64,000 nucleotides of DNA, from NCBI RefSeq assembly GCF_034006665.1, contig NZ_JAVESI010000016.1, positions 329-64,328 of the forward strand, given 5' to 3'. The notes beneath the pieces are model-generated. The model was not told where the DNA came from and searched no databases. It worked only from the letters and a program-made list of their open reading frames with translations. The stretch comes from Trichloromonas sp. (lineage in GTDB: Bacteria; Desulfobacterota; Desulfuromonadia; Desulfuromonadales; Trichloromonadaceae). Position numbers and translations under genes: made by a program. Below, piece after piece: positions 63,214-64,000 of the stretch; position 1 is the stretch's first letter, and the number at the start of each line of letters is the position of its first letter.

Positions 63214-63265
63214 AATATGGACCAGCGAAAGCGCCTGATAATCACCGGACAGGCATGGGCGAATT

Positions 63266-63790
63266 TTCACGCTCACTACAGGTGTGGACGTTGTCGGCGG
63301 TGCTTCGGCCAACCTTCTGGGCTCTGCTAACTCCTACGGCACCGATGGCGACGACACTGTCGTGGCGCTGATTGATACGGTCACCACGGCAAATTCGACG
63401 CTGAATCCGCTCGATGAAATCGACGCCGGCCTTGGTACCAACACCATGACCCTGAACGTGGTCGGTGATTTGGATGATGCTGCTGATTTCCCGGGTGGCG
63501 TAACCTTCGCCAACATCGACACGGTCAACGTGCGCGGCTCTGGCGCGTTGGGTGATGCTGCTGGCGAGTTTGACTTGTCCACGGTGCTCGGCACCGCAGG
63601 TGAGGTGAACATCACCTTGGCAACTGCGGTTGCCACCAAGGTGGCTGCAGCTACCGACCTGAACGTCTTGGGCGCCACCGATGCCATCATCATCGACGGC
63701 GGCAAGGACATTGAGGTGACCGACGCCACGGCTGACAAGAACATTTCCGTGGGCGATACCACGGAAAGCGCTGGCACGGTTTGGTTTTAG
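63266..63790 (+). pseudogene. Internal fragment of a third S-layer/RTX paralog, truncated at both ends
   Basis: FTLTTGVDVVGG...GTDGDDTVVA...VTDATADKNISVGDTTESAGT is colinear with SFTLTTSVDDFTGGAGDDTFTA...VADATADMAIKVGAATANAGT of the 1276-aa protein. No N-terminal 300 aa, and it stops after about 170 codons. Confidence 0.7.
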
Positions 63791-64000
63791 ACAACGAATC
63801 CTCCCGCTTAACGGTTGTTACATCTCTAAAACCGAATAAGGCCATGCCTTTGCTCCGCAGTTATTACAACTGCTTCATCGCTACTACGCATGACTCCGCC
63901 ACTGTGCTCCGCATTGGTACTCAGGCTCTTGCGGGGTCTCCGCTTGAACCGCTCCCTTAGCATCGAAGCGACAGCTTCCCAAGTTCCACTCCAGTGCCTG

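Larger units (their letters stand above)
52143..63265. mobile_element. Integrative island 2 (integrase 2, recombination plus AAA+/VWA operon, Rpn nuclease); ends not defined
   Basis: A second paralogous integrase in the same orientation. The right edge coincides with the breakpoint of the truncated S-layer paralog. Confidence 0.5.

Overview
64-kb window of about 58-60% GC from a Gram-negative genome. Gene content and the sigma-54 regulator suggest a Desulfuromonadales/Geobacter-like deltaproteobacterium, but that is inference only.

Left 39 kb: a cell-envelope supercluster.
- LPS core heptose genes (hldE, gmhB), interrupted by two MNT/HEPN toxin-antitoxin cassettes and repeat elements.
- A UDP-sugar dehydrogenase and the rfbBDAC dTDP-rhamnose genes.
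- A complete type I secretion system (PrtD-type ABC, HlyD adaptor, TolC).
- An ABC-transporter-dependent O-antigen pathway: wzm/wzt, methyltransferases, and a 1518-aa methyltransferase/coiled-coil/triple-glycosyltransferase fusion.
- A periplasmic-binding-protein/histidine kinase/sigma-54 response regulator set, a TonB-dependent receptor and a CAP-domain protein behind a sigma-54 promoter.
- Two giant acidic RTX/Calx-beta proteins (1216 and 1276 aa) that look like T1SS-exported S-layer or adhesin proteins.

Right 25 kb (about 39.4-63.3 kb): mosaic mobile DNA.
- HigBA-like and DUF4160/DUF2442 pairs and an IS200-like HUH transposase gene.
- Two paralogous P4-type integrases heading two tandem islands.
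- Island 1 carries iteron-like repeats, a repeat-containing double-HTH protein, a four-gene translationally coupled operon and a family A DNA polymerase.
- Island 2 carries a minus-strand operon: Rad52-type annealase, Cas4-like nuclease, CobS-like AAA+, WGR, DUF3150 and a VWA/HExxH protein, plus an Rpn nuclease.
- The mobile block ends at a fragment of a third S-layer paralog that is truncated at both ends.

No rRNA, tRNA or CRISPR array was recognised. All family assignments come from motif recognition by eye and need database confirmation.
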